This document shows positions 39,469 to 43,310 of a stretch of DNA of 43,310 nucleotides, piece by piece; position 1 is the stretch's first letter, and each line of letters starts with the position of its first letter. This stretch comes from Chthonomonadaceae bacterium (lineage in GTDB: Bacteria; Armatimonadota; Chthonomonadetes; Chthonomonadales; Chthonomonadaceae). The notes under the pieces are model-generated. The model searched no databases, had not been told where the DNA came from, and saw only the letters and a list, made by a program, of their open reading frames with translations. The stretch spans positions 1-43,310 of the forward strand of contig DASRGZ010000099.1 of assembly GCA_035650735.1 (NCBI GenBank), given 5' to 3'. Position numbers and translations under genes: made by a program.

Positions 39469-41035
39469 CTACGAACGGACTTGAGCTCCAAACACCTCTA
39501 AGAGAATCTCTTCCGCCAGGTTGGTCTGCGCACAGGCGGCAAGTTGATCCAACTGCCTCCCCCACTCTTTGAGTGTGCCCACGCCGGTATCAGGCCCGTA
39601 TTGCGGCGCGATACGCCTCCTTTGCGCGCAGGAGTGAATCGGCTTGTCCACACACTGCCAGCCCGGCAAGAGCCGCCGCTTTGTCGGAACGCGCCCCCGG
39701 ATTTTCGTTTGAGCGAGATAGCCAAACCTCGCTCTGTTCCAGCGCTCGGGCAAACGCCTGTTGTGCCGCCTCTGGCCTTCGCAGACAAAGCAGCACAGTG
39801 CCCAGCACGTTATCAAAATCCCATCTTGCACCAGGTTGATCGTCAGTCGGTTCCATCAGAAGGCGATACGCCTCGGCTGCCTTTCCCTGGGCGAGACGGG
39901 CCTCGGCCCAGGCACGACAGTACTCCCGCAGAGGTCGTTTTAGGTCACGCGCCTGCTCGTATGCTCTGGCTGCGGCATCCAAAGCGCTATCAATCTCGCC
40001 AATAGTCAAGAAGACCCCTGACTGCTCTCTCGTGTTACGTGCATATCCACCCAGGTCACCGATTCGAATCCGTAATTCTATCGCCTGCGCGATGTGCTGT
40101 AGAGCCTCATCAAAACGTCCCTGGGATTGCGCGCATCCTGCCAGGCAGGCCAGGTGATTGGCCTTCCAGAGCGGATTGTTGCTTTCGTCGGCAAGGGCAA
40201 GCGCCTCTCGATACAGCTCTTCCGCGCGTTGTACATTGCCTAGAGCTTTGTACTGGTTCCCCAGGTTGTGAATCTGCGCTTCTCTGGCGTCCAGGTCCAA
40301 ATACTGCTGGGCCATATCCGTGGCACGCTGCTGACTCAGCAGAGCCTCGTTCAAATAGCCCAGCCCACGAAAGCAAACGGCAATATGATAATGGGTCCAA
40401 GTAAGGTTCTCGATTTCCCATGGATGCTCGCGCTCAAGCCTGGCTGCGACTTCACGAAATGCTTCCAGTAGCTCCTCCGTCACCCCTAAGTCTCTTTGAG
40501 AGACTAGCAGGTTGGCGTTCGCAATGAATGCGTCATAATCCCTTTCATCGTGCTCGAGCATTTCAGCTCGACGTTTCGCAGCATCCACTGCTTCGGCCAA
40601 CCTGCCAAGACGCCACTAGGCTGAGGAGATATGATCTAAAGCCTTGCAGAGGATGTCTTCATCGGTCGTTGACTGTTTAAGCGCTAGTGCTAAGGAAAGC
40701 TTCTGCTCAAAGGCGCCTCGGCAATCCAGAAAATCGGCTATATCGCCCAGAATTGACGATGCGGTCTCGCCATCGCCCGCTTCGAGGCGAAGTCGAAACT
40801 GCTCAAGGTGCGGCTCGATGTCTGCGCGCTCCTTCCATTCGCTGCGTGGACGCTGTATTTCCCGATAGTAGTCTGCGGCACGGGAGCGTAGGTGGTGCTG
40901 CTCGGCTTCTGAAAGAAAACTCAGCGCGTGTTCCCGATCAATGGGATGAAGGTAATAGGCGCGGTCTTCCCGACGAACGAAGTGCATCCCTATAAGCCTT
41001 TTGAGCACAGCAGCGCTGTCTATGTAGGGCGCCCA
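39469..41035 (-). pseudogene. Broken winged-helix/TPR (STAND/NLR-type C-terminal) gene
   Basis: APYIDSAAVLKRLIGMHFVRREDRAYYLHPIDREHAL..; ORFs 40616..41008 and 39590..40600 are in the same frame, split by one TAG (40616-40618). Multiple TPRs; probable frameshift near 39590 to a tail ending at 39469. Confidence 0.7.
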
Positions 41036-41687
41036 GTTGTCCAGACGGTCTTTGCTAAACCAAAACCAACGGCGAGAATTACAATGTCGAACTGGCCGTT
41101 TCGAATACGTCGCCCGCCATCGGAGTAGTTCGGATTGACAGGTTCGTTCCAGGTAAGAGCAAAATGATTCCTATCTCCACTGTGAATCCCCAGGTTTGTC
41201 ACCTACGTTTTGGGAGGATTAATCCTAAACTGCTGCTCTATCCGCTTGTACTCATTGAAGAGCTGGGCACGCACATCGGCGACGGAGCCGCTCTTCCAGT
41301 TCATAATCGGCAGCCCCGCATTTGGATCAAGGGGATGGGGAAGGTCAGGGTCTTCCATCGGCCATTCATAGACGTGTGGGTGAAGCCATCTCTTCGTGCT
41401 GTTTCCAATCAAAGCAAAGGGACGACTGGATTTTTCAAATAGAGTTACTTTTGCACCCAGGCAGGCAGCGCCAGCCGCAGCCGTCAGTCCTGCAATGCCC
41501 GCGCCGATAATAGCAACAGAGGTATCTTTCTTCAGGCGGTTGGTCTCATGAAGCGAATAGACAAGGTTGAGGGCGCGAACCTGCTGGGAGTAAATGGTAA
41601 CTTTGGCATCAAACACCCCGAGAACGTAGAGAAAGGGGGGTTTGGCACCTGCATATGCTGGATAATATCGCGGGGCCGGATTGGCAT
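41020..41687 (-). pseudogene. Broken FAD/NAD(P)-binding oxidoreductase domain
   Basis: LYVLGVFDAKVTIYSQQVRALNL, VAIIGAGIAGLTAA (GxGxxG), RWLHPHVYEWP, in-frame TAG at 41203-41205, FDIVILAVGFG. Likely true start is ATG 41687 (MPIRPRDIIQHMQVPN), with a frameshift at a C6 run. Confidence 0.72.
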
Positions 41688-41730
41688 ATGCGTACCTCAC
41701 TGCCGGGCTGATAGGGGGTGTGGCGGAACA

Positions 41731-41757
41731 TTTCGACAATGAGGAGGAAATTCCTGC
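41731..41757 (-). promoter_or_regulatory. Sigma-H-like promoter upstream of the FAD-oxidoreductase pseudogene
   Basis: Minus strand reads GCAGGA-17 bp-GAAA. Confidence 0.5.
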
Positions 41758-41938
41758 CTTCGATTAACGAGCAGGTATAAGTAGCTGATAGAGGAGGAAG
41801 GGGCTTAGCGAAATGTTAAGCGCCAAAAGAGAAGGGCGTTCGACCTTAACGAACGAGCGGCCAACTGAGAGAGGCAGCAAGACACCAACTAATGCGCTGC
41901 AAATGAGATTGAAGTGTCGCAGAACCGCTCAAAATAAA

Positions 41939-42011
<73 letters not shown>

Positions 42012-42099
42012 CTATCCCGATCTTTAAGCGGATTGGCAGTGGAAACCGAGGGAAGAGAGATTTCCGCTCCATGCGGCCCCTGCCTCCCCCAGATAGTTC

Positions 42100-42128
42100 A
42101 TTATTGCATGTCGCGGGCGGAATGTCAA
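42100..42128 (-). promoter_or_regulatory. Putative sigma70 promoter of tRNA-Val
   Basis: Minus strand reads TTGACA-17 bp-AATAAT, with TG just upstream of the -10. Confidence 0.55.
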
Positions 42129-42240
42129 CGCGATCCAGCAAGCTTATTCGTTCTTTTTGACCTGTGACCATTGTACCGAGTGCCGCCCAATCGGAGTTGC
42201 CTTTGCCTGAGGGGGGATGGGAACATGGTGGCGTGTTGGT

Positions 42241-43035
42241 TCAGTCTTCCTCTTCCTTCCGGTAGGACAGGAGGGAAAGTCCGCCATCCATGACCAGCAC
42301 GCTGCCCGTCATATTCTGGTTGGCAGGCTCACAGAGGTTTGCCACCTGCCAGGCCACCTCTTCCGGCTGAATCAGCTTGCGTACTGGAATCCGTCGGGAG
42401 TCCCGCTCGCGCAGTCCCGGCGTGGCGTCGTAGATGCGTCCGCTCAGCCCGGCATCCACATTGCCCGGCGCGACCTCGTTGACCAGGATGCCGTGGGGCG
42501 CGAGGTCTCTGGCCAGGCACCGGCAGAGCATCCGTATGCCCGCCTTGGAGACACAATAGGCCGGGATATGAGTCTGGGCGGCGTGGCCCACCCAACTGCC
42601 GATAAAGACAATGCAGCCCGGCAGTTGGTGATGCAACAGGCGCTGCGCGCCTGCCTGCGCCAGATGGAACGCGCCGTCGAGGTTGATACGCAGCTCACGA
42701 CGCCACTGCTCCGGCGTCAGCGTGCGAATGCCCTCCAGGGTGACGACAGCGGCGTTAGGAATGATCAGAGTCGGCACCCCCAGGTCGGTCTCCACCGCCG
42801 CCACCCATCCCCGCACGGCGTGCGCGTCGGAGACGTCGGCGTAGTCATAGCGGGCCTTCCGGCCCATCTGCTCTAGCTCTTGCAGCATGGGCTCTGCTTT
42901 CTCCGGCTCCAGGACATCGCCCAGGGCGATATCCGCGCCCCGGCGGGCCAGTTCGCGCGCAATGGCCCGGCCAATATCGCCCAGCCCGCCGCTGATGATG
43001 GCGCGCTGGCCTTGCAGCGTTTCTCCACCGTTCAT
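42241..43035 (-). CDS. Short-chain dehydrogenase/reductase
   Basis: SGGLGDIG, PNAA, catalytic YCVSK, VNEVAPG, MDGG. ATG 43035 follows GAAGGAG. Confidence 0.9.
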   Translation of the reverse strand: MNGGETLQGQRAIISGGLGDIGRAIARELARRGADIALGDVLEPEKAEPMLQELEQMGRKARYDYADVSDAHAVRGWVAAVETDLGVPTLIIPNAAVVTLEGIRTLTPEQWRRELRINLDGAFHLAQAGAQRLLHHQLPGCIVFIGSWVGHAAQTHIPAYCVSKAGIRMLCRCLARDLAPHGILVNEVAPGNVDAGLSGRIYDATPGLRERDSRRIPVRKLIQPEEVAWQVANLCEPANQNMTGSVLVMDGGLSLLSYRKEEED

Positions 43036-43193
43036 TCCTTTTGCTCCTTCATATGCCATTCAGCCCAGGGTTGGTCTCTGTTTCGGCATTCCTCTGCCCT
43101 TTTCCTTATCCGATGGCGCTATCGCGTGCGCTACAGGTTGCTTCCGTTCTCTCTTATCTCCCCTCATCCCAAAGAGGGGTAGGTATACCAAGT

Positions 43194-43310
43194 TCAGCCT
43201 GTATCTGGCAGGCAATGAGTGACCAAGCTCACCTCGGCTGGTGGCTCTGGCAGCGGTTGCCGACTCAACCGTAACCGCTGCCACAGACCCCCCGATGCCA
43301 GTGCCGTTGC
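43194..43310 (-). CDS. 3' end of an upstream CDS (possible glycosidase jelly-roll C-terminus)
   Basis: Frame open from the window edge: NGTGIGGLWQRLRLSRQPLPEPP...DTG*. The N..G.GGLW..L pattern recalls sugar-binding jelly-roll domains. Confidence 0.35.
   Translation of the reverse strand, partial: ATALASGGLWQRLRLSRQPLPEPPAEVSLVTHCLPDTG

Overview
GC-rich bacterial chromosomal window. The gene content suggests Armatimonadota (inference): a LacI-linked prepilin/DUF1559 gene, a PSCyt/PSD1 plus DUF1501 pair, and sigma-H-like promoters. Left to right it holds: (i) a minus-strand LacI regulator with a near-consensus sigma70 promoter and two palindromic operators, upstream of prepilin-type DUF1559, a small membrane protein, a TPR protein and a CRTAC1/FG-GAP gene; (ii) an orphan hicB and nudC; (iii) PSCyt/PSD1 cytochrome plus DUF1501, then a sugar/inositol-type catabolic run (SDR, two TIM-barrel epimerases, Gfo/Idh/MocA, alpha/beta hydrolase, mmsA/iolA, truncated Fe-ADH); (iv) gamma-glutamyltransferase, a 1330-aa GH42-like secreted protein, a YghX-type hydrolase and a DUF2961/GH172 protein with an unusual pseudopilin-like tail; (v) a fucD-like/hypothetical/PhyH/enolase operon; (vi) a class III aminotransferase followed by three consecutive 5'-only gene stumps; (vii) an AAA_35 ATPase with 14 WD40 repeats, and katG; (viii) a decayed integrative island at the 3' side of tRNA-Val(TAC), with a broken tyrosine integrase and a broken FAD-oxidoreductase/TPR gene that was probably NLR-like; (ix) an SDR. 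The most unusual non-coding signal is a REP-like palindrome family. Three copies carry a conserved structured module at the same point (TCGCYAGGCGGAG...CGACCCTWGCAGT), and two of these appear recursively nested. All family assignments come from motif recognition by eye; no database searches were run.
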